Counted from the stretch's first letter, positions 20,588 through 31,330 are shown. The stretch is 64,000 bases of DNA from Gammaproteobacteria bacterium (GCA_965238225.1 OZ250183.1:1184001-1248000), one strand, 5' to 3'. Numbers and translations: made by a program. Notes: generated by a model from the sequence alone, not told the origin.

Positions 20588-21004
20588 TTATTTAGTAGCT
20601 GTCAGTTTCTTTTTCAGTTTAAAGATAACGCCCTTCTCTCTGCCTTTAGCATTAGCCTGAATTTGCTCCATATTATTGGCTTCGCCAACAATGATTGCTC
20701 CGATCATGCCATTAGCATAATGCGGATTACACTTATAGATATAAACACCTTCTGCATCTAATGTAATCGCAAATTCCTGACCAATATTTGACTTCCATGC
20801 TTTTACACCTTCAGGTATCAGGTCGTCCATAGACTGAGTATCATGAACAACCATATTGCTCCACTGAACAGTATCCCCTGGCTTTATAAATACATGTATA
20901 GGATTAAAATTAGTCGCGCCTGCCGCGACTATATGTTCTTCGGCGCCTGCATTAAAGGATACGAACAACACCAGCAAATAAGCTAACCTTGGAAAAGTTT
21001 TCAT
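20588..21004 (-). CDS. Periplasmic type-1 blue copper protein (pseudoazurin-like cupredoxin)
   Basis: Signal peptide ending AGA; F.P....I.PGDTV.W, upstream His (VVHD), Y.YKCNPHYANGM (C-x2-H-x4-M) and a helical C-terminal extension. Confidence 0.9.
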   Translation of the reverse strand: MKTFPRLAYLLVLFVSFNAGAEEHIVAAGATNFNPIHVFIKPGDTVQWSNMVVHDTQSMDDLIPEGVKAWKSNIGQEFAITLDAEGVYIYKCNPHYANGMIGAIIVGEANNMEQIQANAKGREKGVIFKLKKKLTATK

Positions 21005-21131
21005 TATTTTCACCCTCACCCTATTGAGGTTTCGTATTGTTTTAAGACAATTAAATTGATATAGCGTTCAATAATATACCATCGGTGCGCACCTGCTACT
21101 AAAAACTACCTAAAGTGCAGACGCAATTAAC

Positions 21132-21164
21132 AAAAAAGCCCCGACCATAAGGTCAGGGCTTTCC
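21132..21164 (-). terminator. Rho-independent terminator/attenuator after xoxF
   Basis: Minus strand AAAGCCCTGACC-TTAT-GGTCGGGGCTTTTTT. Confidence 0.75.
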
Positions 21165-21218
21165 ATAACTACACACAAACCATAAGTTTAAAAAGTTTCA
21201 AACTTACTTAAGTGCTGT

Positions 21219-23120
21219 TTAAGGTAGTGCGAAAACCATCAAAGTACCGCCAGCACGTGAAGACTTCAACAGACCTCTGTAACCACCAACAGCGCCAAGT
21301 GCTGCTGTGTCAGGAGCTGCGGCTAAACCTGGGATAGCAGCAACTGCGCCAGCCCAACCACCAATACCTGATAAGACACCGACATATTGCTTGCCATTGT
21401 GCGTCCAAGTGTTGAAGTTACCGATAATGCCTGAAGGAGTTTTAAATTTCCAAAGAAGCTTACCACTCTTGGCATGTACAGCTTTAGCCCAACCTTCAAG
21501 ATTGCCGTAGAAAACTACGTTGCCTGCGGTTGCAAGCACGCCTGACCATACTGAATACTGCTCAGGAATAGACCATACGATCTTACCTTTGCTAGCATCC
21601 CATGCAATCATATTGCCCATGTTGTCTTTTGCTGCATTGTTGTTCGGACACTCCGGACATACTGCGCCAGCAGGATACATGGTTAAATTTGCATTCACGA
21701 AAGCCTGACCTGAAACATATTTATTACCGCCAGCAGCATAGCTAACTGGTTCGTAAGTCATACATACGTGGTTGGTAGGAACATAGAAAAGACCTGACTT
21801 TGGCGAATAAGCAGCAGGCTGCTCATCCTTAGTACCTAAAGCTGCAGGACAGATGTCTTTAGAAACAACGTCTTCGCCGTTACCGCCTGTGCTCTTGGAA
21901 GCAACACGTTGTGGCAAACCTGTTTTCAGATCAATACCTGTTGCCCAGTTCACTGATGGATCATATTTTTCAGCAACCAACAAAGCACCCGTTTTACGGT
22001 TCATAGTATAGGCAAAGCCATTACGGTCAAAGTGAACCAGTGCTGGTGTCATCTTGCCTTTAACTCTGAAGTCAACCAGAATCATTTCGTTAACGCCATC
22101 ATAGTCCCACTCATCATGAGGAGTCATCTGATAGACCCAATTTGCAACACCAGTGTCGATATCACGAGCGAAAATAGTCATAGACCATTTATTGTCGCCA
22201 GGACGCACAACCGGGTTCCATGTTCCAGGGTTACCACTGCCGTAATACACGAGGTTCGCGTCAAAATCAGCAGGCCACCAACCCCATGTGGAGCCGCCGC
22301 CTTGTTTCCATTGATCACCTTTCCATGAATTCAAGCTGGAATTTTTACCAACTTTCTTACCCAGTGAAGTCGTGTTTTTATCGAACAACATATCTGAATC
22401 AGGACCCATGCTGAAAGCACGCCATGCCAGACTACCGTCTTTTGCGTTGTACGCAGCTAACCAACAACGAACACCAAACTCAGCACCAGAACAACCAGTA
22501 ATAATTTTATCCTTGATTGGGTGCGGTGCATTGGTATTGGTCATACCTGATGTAGGACCGTAAGGACCACCCAAGCTAGCAGGAATATCCGCACCATTTT
22601 TGACTGACCATACGAGCTTACCTGTTTTGGCATTCAGGGCTACCAAAGTGGAGTCAGCTTGTTGCAGATAAATCTGACCCATTGAATAACCAAGACCACG
22701 GTTAACAGTATCGCAGCACATAACTGGTACAGTTACGTCGAAATCCTGTTGTGGTTCGTAATGCCAAATGATTCCCAGTGTATCCAAGTCGATCGCAAAC
22801 GTATTGTTTGGAAAAGCAGCATGAATATACAGGGTATCACCAGACAGACCAGTTGCAGAACTAGGCAGTACTAAAGGACCGCCTTCGTGACCACGCAGAA
22901 CACCTGTTGAAAATGTCCACGCAGCTGATAATTTACCGACATTCCTACTGTTGATTTGTTTCAACTCAGAATAACGATGATTGTTGTAATTACCGCCTGG
23001 AAATGCCCAATAGTTAGGATTCTGTGTCAGCTTACGAACTTCATCATTCGCAGACGCTGCCACAGGCACCATCAGAGCAATCGCAGCGATTACTAACGAT
23101 TTAAAAAATATTTTACTCAT
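21219..23120 (-). CDS. xoxF: Lanthanide-dependent PQQ methanol dehydrogenase
   Basis: Signal peptide, GHEGGPL, vicinal [23 protein letters not shown], and [10 protein letters not shown] with the extra Asp (22098-22106) diagnostic of Ln-binding enzymes (MxaF has Ala there). Confidence 0.95.
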   Translation of the reverse strand: MSKIFFKSLVIAAIALMVPVAASANDEVRKLTQNPNYWAFPGGNYNNHRYSELKQINSRNVGKLSAAWTFSTGVLRGHEGGPLVLPSSATGLSGDTLYIHAAFPNNTFAIDLDTLGIIWHYEPQQDFDVTVPVMCCDTVNRGLGYSMGQIYLQQADSTLVALNAKTGKLVWSVKNGADIPASLGGPYGPTSGMTNTNAPHPIKDKIITGCSGAEFGVRCWLAAYNAKDGSLAWRAFSMGPDSDMLFDKNTTSLGKKVGKNSSLNSWKGDQWKQGGGSTWGWWPADFDANLVYYGSGNPGTWNPVVRPGDNKWSMTIFARDIDTGVANWVYQMTPHDEWDYDGVNEMILVDFRVKGKMTPALVHFDRNGFAYTMNRKTGALLVAEKYDPSVNWATGIDLKTGLPQRVASKSTGGNGEDVVSKDICPAALGTKDEQPAAYSPKSGLFYVPTNHVCMTYEPVSYAAGGNKYVSGQAFVNANLTMYPAGAVCPECPNNNAAKDNMGNMIAWDASKGKIVWSIPEQYSVWSGVLATAGNVVFYGNLEGWAKAVHAKSGKLLWKFKTPSGIIGNFNTWTHNGKQYVGVLSGIGGWAGAVAAIPGLAAAPDTAALGAVGGYRGLLKSSRAGGTLMVFALP

Positions 23121-23550
23121 ACCTGCCCACCCCTCTTTGAAATGTTATGCTTAAATTATACGCGATCTCGTATGTACACAGAAAACCCTCCAACGTCCTG
23201 AGATCGGCAGACATCAGGAAGAGTTGTAAAAAATTCTATTTTGCTCAGGAATTAATCGAAGATATCCAAACCACACAGACTCTGCAGACGGTTTAAAAAA
23301 ATGTTGACTGCTATCATATATTTTTATCAGATATCCATTCAATGTTAATTATTTTGATTCGCTTTGAGCATCTACAAAAACTACGATAAAAAATCGCAAT
23401 AAATTCGTTTTTAGCGATCATTGCAATATTTGTATTTATTATTTCCTTAAAATTTGTACTTTATTAGGTATTACTACCAGTCGTACTTCATTCTCAGTGG
23501 ATGAGAGTTGCATTGTAGCAAGTAAATTTTATCCTAACAAACTTTATTAT

Positions 23551-23584
23551 TTAATCCTGAACTTTAATTAATCCTGAACTTTAA
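23551..23584. repeat. Exact 17-bp tandem duplication upstream of xoxF
   Basis: TTAATCCTGAACTTTAA x2. Confidence 0.8.
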
Positions 23585-24085
23585 ATCTTTAAAATTCTAA
23601 AATTTTATCCTTAAAAACATTGAAGAAAATATTACCAGTATCATACGTTACTTACCAAACAATTATCAGCAACAACTTTAAAGTACACATCCAATTAATG
23701 CAGTGCAGCAATTCTAGATGAGTATTTTTAAAGCGTACAAATATATTTCCACACATTTCAGTCCGTTTTATTTTGATGGTTTGCATTAAGAATATGTACG
23801 TGTACGATCGTATATCTTAGTCATCTATTATTTAATTACTTAATTAATAATTACTTAGATAATCTTTTTAAATAATAAGATTAACTCTTGATATGATTAG
23901 TTTGATATTATTTGGAGTTAATCTCATCCGTTCTTTCATGAAAATTTAGTGAAATTTGATGGTATTGAGCCCTCGCCGACAGGTAAACGTCGTGTTGCTA
24001 AAATTATAAAGACTCAAAAAAACATTGTTAAAGATTTACACCTGAAATGAATATTTAGTATTATTATCTGGCGGCATTAAGAAAA

Positions 24086-24951
24086 ATGACATTTGTATTC
24101 AAAACATTAATCCATGCAGCCTCGGCGATGGTCATATTTGCACTGGCCATACCAGTCATGGCCGGTATAGACCTTGATAATCTGAGAAACAGAAACCTAA
24201 ACGACCTGAAAAAGGCATCTGATAAGGTCTAGGGGGAAACCCTGCGCCCTAGGGCATTTCAAAATAGGACAATTAATGAAAAACAAGCCGATGCTGTCAT
24301 TGATGCAAAGGCTCCTTTTAGGTCAGAAGATGCGTCGATAGTACCAGTTTCTATTCACTACAAAGATTCCACAGACGATGGATCGCTACATTAAAAAATT
24401 ACATATCTACCTCGATAAGAATCCATTGCCGCTTGTTGGCATCTTTAAATTTACACCTGAAAGTGGTAAAGCAGATATTGCTATGCGTATCAGAGTTGAC
24501 GACAACACCTGTTTTCGCGTTATCACAGAAATGAATAATGGTGACTTATTGATGAGTAAATCATTTATCCGCTCACTCGGTGGTTGTTCAGAACCTTTGG
24601 GCGCAAGTTGTAGATGAATCACTTAGACGTATGGACAAAATGAAGATGAAGATCGTGGGAGATTTATCCTTTAGGATAAGAGACTATGATGCAACTTAAG
24701 ATAAGCCATCCAAATATCACGGGCTTGGTACCAGCCAAAAAACTGGCATCAAACCACCTCCTCATTTCTTAAAAGAATTTAAAGTAAGCTATGACGGTAA
24801 AACAATCATGAAGGCCAATATAACATTTGCCATCTCCCAAGATCCTATCTTTCGTTTCTTTTTCACGCCAAAAAAGGAAACGGATATAATCGTTCAAGCT
24901 ATCAATACGAAAAATAATGAATTGCAATCAACACATTCAGTGACCTTATAA
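24086..24951 (+). pseudogene. Quinoprotein dehydrogenase-associated SoxYZ-like carrier, inactivated
   Basis: Signal peptide; TAG at 24230 (probably TGG ancestrally); AP.RSEDASIVPV, IYLDKNPLP, RIRVD, GGCS.P, ISHPNITGL and AISQDP.FRF motifs split over at least three frameshifts. Confidence 0.85.
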
Positions 24952-25133
24952 AATAAGTTAATGTACAGAAAACTGGATACATAGACTTCATAGTCACTAA
25001 GCCCTGCAAAGTTAATCGTGGTTAAAAGGAGCTCTTGTTCCTTCCTCTAATTTAATTTACAAAACAGTTTAATAAGTTCGTAAATTTCATTTTGTCTAAA
25101 CTTATCTGAATCCTTTATAATCTTGTTGCACCT

Positions 25134-25544
25134 TCATTTTATCTCTTGTATCTCATCGTATCTTTCGTCTCCCGTCAGATCTGTTGGTGCTACAATTTGC
25201 ACAATCTGTTTACATTGGCTTTTAGCTACCTCTTCAGCCATCGCTAATTTTTTTGAAAAGATTTTGCCAGATTTGTTATCCCTGAAGATTCCACCTTTTT
25301 CACCTGTCATTCCTTGATTTCGATTATAGGTCACTGCATAGCCATATGTTTCAAACAATATTTCTGATGCAACCGAGTCAAGCCGACATGAGCATGTGTG
25401 TAAATCGTCCATAGAATTTCTACCAAGCTCTTGAAGACAATTAAGCACATATTCAACCCTGTCGCGCGTTGGATAGTCATTCGCAATAACGATCGATGGC
25501 GCGCTAAATAACAGCACAATGGAAATAACCTTACTCACTTGCAT
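25134..25544 (-). CDS. Small exported Cys-containing protein of the type found in PQQ-dehydrogenase loci
   Basis: GAGGT Shine-Dalgarno, signal peptide, ANDYPT.DRVEYV..C...CSC..D and GEKGG.FRD pattern; family recognised from memory only. Confidence 0.7.
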   Translation of the reverse strand: MQVSKVISIVLLFSAPSIVIANDYPTRDRVEYVLNCLQELGRNSMDDLHTCSCRLDSVASEILFETYGYAVTYNRNQGMTGEKGGIFRDNKSGKIFSKKLAMAEEVAKSQCKQIVQIVAPTDLTGDERYDEIQEIK

Positions 25545-25659
25545 TCTATGCACCTCAAAATTTAAACTAATAACAATTATAATATCTTGAACAACCAATA
25601 CATTTTTCAATTACATAAGAAAAAATAGCCCGAAGATAATAACTCAGAAAAATATTTTA

Positions 25660-26940
25660 TTAAATCAAACTCATTATTGACTCCATGATTTTTTTAACAT
25701 TGCCCCGATTTCTCAAGACAACATTTCGCCCACGCTCGCCCACGCTCGCCCTTAGGTTCGCGTCACTTAACAGATCGCTCACTATACTGGATAACTCATA
25801 TACATTCGCCACTCTCCATGCTGCACCTTCATCTATTAACAATTGACTAATTGCCTGAAAATTAAATACATGTGGTCCCATGATTACTGGCAATCCCAAG
25901 CAAGCTGGTTCCAGCATATTATGACCGCCTGCTTCGGTCAGGCTACCGCCAACAAATGCGACATCAGCGCTGGCATAATACATTGGCAATTCACCTAGAG
26001 TGTCAAGAATGAAAACCTTAATATTCTCATTAAATTCTTTGTTGTCACTTTTGGACAATACTTCAAGATTTCCTCTGCCGCATAATGCTCTAACGTTTTC
26101 TGAGCGTTCAGGGTGTCTTGGCGCAATAATAAGCAGGCATTTAGGGTGTTTTTCTAGGATTCTTTCAAAAGCATTTAAAATTATTTTTTCTTCACCTTCG
26201 TGCGTACTTGCGGCTATCCATATTGGTCTATTAATATCTGTTCCACTCATAGAAAAATATCTTCGTAAAGATTTTGCCTGTTCGTGGATACTGTGCGGAA
26301 AATGAATATCAAATTTTAAATTTCCGACAATACTGACTTTATCAGCATCAGCCCCGAGCCTTACAAATCGTTTTGCATCTCTTTTTTCCTGAGCCACAAT
26401 CAACGAAATATCCTGAAGTGTTGCCCGCGTTAATGATGGAAAATATCGATAGCCATTGACAGATTTCTCAGACATACGTGCATTGACGATAATTACAGGT
26501 ACATTTTTTTTGCGACAATAATAAAATAAATTTGGCCACAATTCTGTTTCCATAATAATTAATATTAATGGGTCAACATTAGAAATAAAATTCTTTATAG
26601 ATAAAGGTAAATCGTAAGGAAGATACAGATGTTTTACATCATCGCTAAAGTATTTCCTAACACAGTCAGCGCCTGTAGGTGTCATGGTTGTGAGCAATAT
26701 TTTGTAATCCGAGTATTCTGCCTGTAAACTTTCTACCAATGGTCTTGATGCCTGAACTTCTCCAACAGAAACAGCATGCAGCCAGATAATTTTATTATGT
26801 GATGTAATTTTACCCGGAAAACCAAACCGCTCTCTCCAACGAGCTCTGTAAGCTAAATTTCGAAAACCAAGAAAAAATAGCCTTAGTACAGCAAAAGGAA
26901 CAAGTAAATAAAGAATAAAAGAATAGATTATTCTCAACAA
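25660..26940 (-). CDS. waaA: Kdo transferase
   Basis: WLHAVSVGE, ETELWPN, AASTHEGEE, APRHPER and GGHNMLEPA motifs. Confidence 0.96.
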   Translation of the reverse strand: MLRIIYSFILYLLVPFAVLRLFFLGFRNLAYRARWRERFGFPGKITSHNKIIWLHAVSVGEVQASRPLVESLQAEYSDYKILLTTMTPTGADCVRKYFSDDVKHLYLPYDLPLSIKNFISNVDPLILIIMETELWPNLFYYCRKKNVPVIIVNARMSEKSVNGYRYFPSLTRATLQDISLIVAQEKRDAKRFVRLGADADKVSIVGNLKFDIHFPHSIHEQAKSLRRYFSMSGTDINRPIWIAASTHEGEEKIILNAFERILEKHPKCLLIIAPRHPERSENVRALCGRGNLEVLSKSDNKEFNENIKVFILDTLGELPMYYASADVAFVGGSLTEAGGHNMLEPACLGLPVIMGPHVFNFQAISQLLIDEGAAWRVANVYELSSIVSDLLSDANLRASVGERGRNVVLRNRGNVKKIMESIMSLI

Positions 26941-26978
26941 TATAATCTCTCAGTAATTTTATTCTAAACAATATTTTT

Positions 26979-27938
26979 TTATTTATTCAAGGTGTAGAGA
27001 TATTGTTTTATACCGTCTTCAACAGACAGAAAATTATCTTTATAATTCATTTCCCTTAATAAATTTATATCTGCTCTTGTATAACTTTGATAACTACCTC
27101 GAAGATGGTCAGGAAATTTTATGTATTCTATTTCTCCTTTAGCATGCCAGCTAATAATCGCTTTTGCGACATCATTAAATGTTCGACTCGTTCCAGTGCC
27201 AACATTTACTATGCCACAAGGATTATTTTCCAACGCCCAAAGATTCACTTTAACGACATCGTCTATATAAACAAAATCACGACTTTGTTCACCATTTGCA
27301 TAACCTCCACTGCCTTCAAATAATTTGATCTTGCCGTTTGCTTGAATCTGCTGATTTAAATGCCAGAAAACGCTGGCCATCAACCCTTTATGCTGTTCTC
27401 TTGGCCCATACACATTAAAATAACGCAGACCCATTACCTGACTTTCTGGGGTCTGATTTTTGTTATTCAATACTGTTCGCCTGACATATTCATCAAATAA
27501 ATATTTCGAATATCCATAAATATTCACCGGCGTTTCATTTTTTTTTTCTTCCTCGAAATTCTCACTTATACCATAAACTGCAGCGCTTGATGCATAGATG
27601 AGGGGAATTTCAAGCTGCAAACAATAGTGCAATAATGATTTTGAGTAAGCGTAATTATTTTCCATCATATAACGACCATCCCATTCAGTGGTCGAAGAAC
27701 AAGCACCCTGATGAAGAATTGCTTCAATCTTTTCAGTAAAATTCTTCTTCTCGTTGATCATCTGTAGAAAATCATCTTTATCCAGATAATCAAGCACCTG
27801 ACAATCGACAAGGTTTCTAAACTTGATCCCACCTGTCATATCATCAACAACCAATATATCAGCATACCCTTTATCGTTTAAAGCCTTTACTAGATTACTA
27901 CCTATAAATCCTGCGCCGCCGGTTATAATAATCATCAA
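26979..27938 (-). CDS. hldD: ADP-L-glycero-D-manno-heptose 6-epimerase
   Basis: TGGAGFIGSN, HQGACSSTTEWDG, YGYSK, LRYFNVYGPRE.HKG.MASV and YQSYT.AD motifs. Confidence 0.96.
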   Translation of the reverse strand: MMIIITGGAGFIGSNLVKALNDKGYADILVVDDMTGGIKFRNLVDCQVLDYLDKDDFLQMINEKKNFTEKIEAILHQGACSSTTEWDGRYMMENNYAYSKSLLHYCLQLEIPLIYASSAAVYGISENFEEEKKNETPVNIYGYSKYLFDEYVRRTVLNNKNQTPESQVMGLRYFNVYGPREQHKGLMASVFWHLNQQIQANGKIKLFEGSGGYANGEQSRDFVYIDDVVKVNLWALENNPCGIVNVGTGTSRTFNDVAKAIISWHAKGEIEYIKFPDHLRGSYQSYTRADINLLREMNYKDNFLSVEDGIKQYLYTLNK

Positions 27939-29371
27939 TCTTTTTTCTCCATAGTTTTGATAACTTCAATAATACGACTGGTCGAATTTTCTTCAAGCAG
28001 TGGAAAAATCTTTACTTTGCCTTTATTTTTTATGACTGTATCAGCGCCTGCAATTTCATTAATCTTATAATCTCCACCTTTAACCAACACTTGCGGTAAA
28101 ACCTTAGCGATCAGATTTTCTGGCGTATCCTCAGAGAAAGGCACGACCCAATCTACTGCCTCAAGCGCATCTAAAACAGCCATGCGATTTGACAATTGAT
28201 TGACTGGGCGTCCATCCCCCTTCAAGCGAGAAACTGATGCATCATCATTGACGGCAATTAACAGATAGTCCCCTAACTGCCTAGCCTGTTGTAAATATTG
28301 CACATGTCCTGCATGCAATATATCGAAACAACCATTTGTCATCACCAGCGTTTCGCCTTGTTTTTTAATTTCACTAACCACATTCATTAGATGATCATCG
28401 CCCAATATACCTTTGTTTTTGATGTGGTGCTCCATTGCAGCATAATTAAGCTCTGCCACTGTGACATAGGCAGATCCCATCTTGCTAACGACGAGGCCTG
28501 CGGCTTGATTAGCTAAATTCGTTGCGTAAATAATGTCATAACCCGATGCAAGCGCAGCTGCTAATGTAGCAATAACCGTGTCCCCTGCGCCAGTCACATC
28601 AAATACATCCAGTGCCTGCGAAGAAAAATGTACTGCTGATTCGTCTAAACGAACTAGGGTCATCCCATCTTTGCCGCGCGTCACCAAAAGTGCATCCAAA
28701 TTAAGTGTTTGGCATAAAGATTTGCCTTTTGAAACAATTTCAGCAGCGTCACCACATTTGCCAACAACTGCTTCAAATTCTCTAAGATTCGGCGTTAAGA
28801 TGCTGGCACCTTGATATCGTGAAAAATCATTGCCCTTTGGATCAACTAATACAGTACATCCATTGTCCCTTGCTGTTTGAATCAAATTGTTTATGTCTAA
28901 CAAACTCCCTTTCGCATAATCAGACAAAATGATAACTTTTGTTTCTTGTATTTGTTTAATAAATAATTTACGTATTTTTTCTGTATCAACTTCAGTCAAT
29001 CTTGTTTCATAATCCAGTCGAATCAATTGCTGATGTTGGCTCAATACTCTTAATTTTATCACGGTAGGAAGCCCGTCTTGATAAATAAATTGGCATTCAA
29101 TATTTTCCGCAGACAAATACTTTTTAAGGAAAGAAGATGCATCATCGTTTCCGGTAATTCCAATCAAGCAAGACTGCACTCCTAATTTTGAAACATTCAA
29201 CGCAACATTCCCTGATCCGCCTGGTCGCTCTTCAGTTTCTTTTACATGAACCACAGGCACCGGTGCCTCCGGAGATATGCGTGTAGTGTCGCCATGGATA
29301 TATCTATCTAAAATGATATCTCCGACAATCAATATTTTTGCTTTGTTGTCTGGTGTAAAAATTCTCTTCAT
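27935..29371 (-). CDS. hldE: Bifunctional heptose 7-phosphate kinase / heptose 1-phosphate adenylyltransferase
   Basis: RISPEAPVPV, DVTGAGDTV, TNGCFDILHAGH and VKGGDY motifs. Confidence 0.96.
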   Translation of the reverse strand: MKRIFTPDNKAKILIVGDIILDRYIHGDTTRISPEAPVPVVHVKETEERPGGSGNVALNVSKLGVQSCLIGITGNDDASSFLKKYLSAENIECQFIYQDGLPTVIKLRVLSQHQQLIRLDYETRLTEVDTEKIRKLFIKQIQETKVIILSDYAKGSLLDINNLIQTARDNGCTVLVDPKGNDFSRYQGASILTPNLREFEAVVGKCGDAAEIVSKGKSLCQTLNLDALLVTRGKDGMTLVRLDESAVHFSSQALDVFDVTGAGDTVIATLAAALASGYDIIYATNLANQAAGLVVSKMGSAYVTVAELNYAAMEHHIKNKGILGDDHLMNVVSEIKKQGETLVMTNGCFDILHAGHVQYLQQARQLGDYLLIAVNDDASVSRLKGDGRPVNQLSNRMAVLDALEAVDWVVPFSEDTPENLIAKVLPQVLVKGGDYKINEIAGADTVIKNKGKVKIFPLLEENSTSRIIEVIKTMEKKD

Positions 29372-29483
29372 TATGCTATTGACACTCGCCCGTTTGTTAT
29401 TAGAGTTGTAATAAATTGAGTGTAATGTTACCACTGAATACTTGTTTTGGTACTCCAAATACAGATAATTGCCATTAATTGCC

Positions 29484-30201
29484 ATGAAAAAAGAATATCA
29501 AATATTTCTCATTATTTTACTAATTTTTACTTCGCCGTTACGTGCAGAAAAAAACTTACCGCCGCCATTTGAGGCATTATTTAAAGTATTCATAAAAGGC
29601 TTAACGGTAGCTGAAATACGTAATAGTCTAACTCAACTTGATAATGATAATTATGTATGCCACACAGAAATAAATTCAATAGGGCTAGCATCCATTTTTT
29701 ATCAACTACATATTACGGAAGAATCACGTTGGTATCAGAAGGATCAACAATTAAGACCTTTGATTTATAGTTATGACCGTATTAAGAAAAAAAGGCAACT
29801 CATAAAAGAGTCATGTTTGATTGGGAAAATTATCAGATAAATTATATCCACGATGGAAAAAAATTAAGCTTTGAATTACAAACAGGAATGACTGATAAAC
29901 TACTCTGCCAAATAAATCTCATGCGCGATCTAAAAATTGGCCATTACCCAACAAGCTACACTGTTGCAGGCAATGAAAAAATCGAGACCTACATCTTCCA
30001 ATACCTTGGGGAAGAATTAATAAAAACGCCTATTGGTAAATTTAATACTGTGAAATTTTTCTGTCAAAAAGACGGAGAAGAAAGAAGTGCAATCTTTAAT
30101 AGTCTGCTAAAGAACTACATTATCTTCCTGTCAAGGTTAAACTCACCGATGATGGCGTTAAAACAATCATAATTAGCCAGTTAAATGGATTGGATCTATG
30201 A
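29484..30201 (+). pseudogene. DUF3108-like exported protein, frameshifted
   Basis: Signal peptide; frame breaks at the A-rich run near 29785-29793 and near 30095; the C-terminal AKELHYLPVKV motif lies in another frame. Confidence 0.65.
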
Positions 30202-30234
30202 TGGGAAGCCCCAAGTTTGTAGATCGGAATTCAT

Positions 30235-30957
30235 TCACCTCCCAAGGGCGCTTAATAGCTCATCTGGCGTTACATATCCAGCAATCATGTGTCCGCTTTC
30301 AAGGAAAAGCGCTGGTGTCCCTCGTACACCCATCGCTTTACCCAAGGCATGCTGATGAGTGACTGGATTTTTACAATCATTAGCCTTGGCTAACTTGCCA
30401 TTTTTTGCATCAGTTAGTGCCTGGGGACGGTCTTTAGCACACCAAACATTTACCATCTGCTGGTAAACAGGAGAACCCCTGTCACCCCTAGGATACGCTA
30501 AATATTTGACAGTGATATTATGTGCATTTAATTCAAGAACATCCCTGTGAAATTTACGACAATAAAAACAACTAACGTCTGTGAAAACATAAATAGTATC
30601 TTTACTTTTTTCTGGTGCAAACGCTATGTATTCATCTTCGGGAATTTTTTTTAGTGAATCAGATTTTTTTTGTAAACGCACATCTTCACTTAGATTACGC
30701 CTTTCTTGCATATCAATCATATCTCCCTTAAGGATAAATTTGGCATCACTTGTCATGTAAACTACATCGAAATCCATCACCACTTCATAGATATCCTCAA
30801 TTGGTGTTGCATTCACCTGCGAAATATCGACACTTGGAAATAGTCGTTGCAAATTTTGCATCAGGCGTTCTTCCAATTGCTCGTTGGCTTGTGTATTAAA
30901 TACAGATAAAAAAATTATACACAGTAAAATTTTTGCTATTTTTATTTTCATATTCAT
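30235..30957 (-). CDS. dsbC: Thiol:disulfide isomerase
   Basis: VFTD..CFYCRK.H, AYPR, VWCA.D and GVRGTP motifs; near xerD. Confidence 0.92.
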   Translation of the reverse strand: MNMKIKIAKILLCIIFLSVFNTQANEQLEERLMQNLQRLFPSVDISQVNATPIEDIYEVVMDFDVVYMTSDAKFILKGDMIDMQERRNLSEDVRLQKKSDSLKKIPEDEYIAFAPEKSKDTIYVFTDVSCFYCRKFHRDVLELNAHNITVKYLAYPRGDRGSPVYQQMVNVWCAKDRPQALTDAKNGKLAKANDCKNPVTHQHALGKAMGVRGTPALFLESGHMIAGYVTPDELLSALGR

Positions 30958-31330
30958 ACATTAACTTTCATAATTCATACACTACTTTAATGGGTGTTAA
31001 ATTTGACGGATACTTGGTAATGATATTTGGCAATCTTCTAAGGTGCTTCTCCAGAATAATGAAAACTGATATTAAAGTATACTCTAAAGCTGTTACTAGA
31101 TATAGTTTCATCACTCAATAATGGTTTATATTGTTTTTTAAGAAATTATCTATCAAATATAATTACAGCAGGCAGGCCAGCTTACACAGGCTGCCGTGAA
31201 AATTAAATTCTGATAAAAGGCTGCATCGCAGGCTTTACATTTGCACAGAAAACTATGTTAAAGTCACTACCGTACAATTCCAACTTGGAGAATCTACAAT
31301 GAACAAACATACAATAAAAGGAACAGGCTC

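Noticed and set aside
21219-23120. Calcium-dependent MxaF or ExaF/PedH assignment
   Set aside because: The D-Y-D lanthanide motif, the MDH-type MCCDTVNRG and RPGDNKW motifs, and the absence of mxaI favour XoxF.
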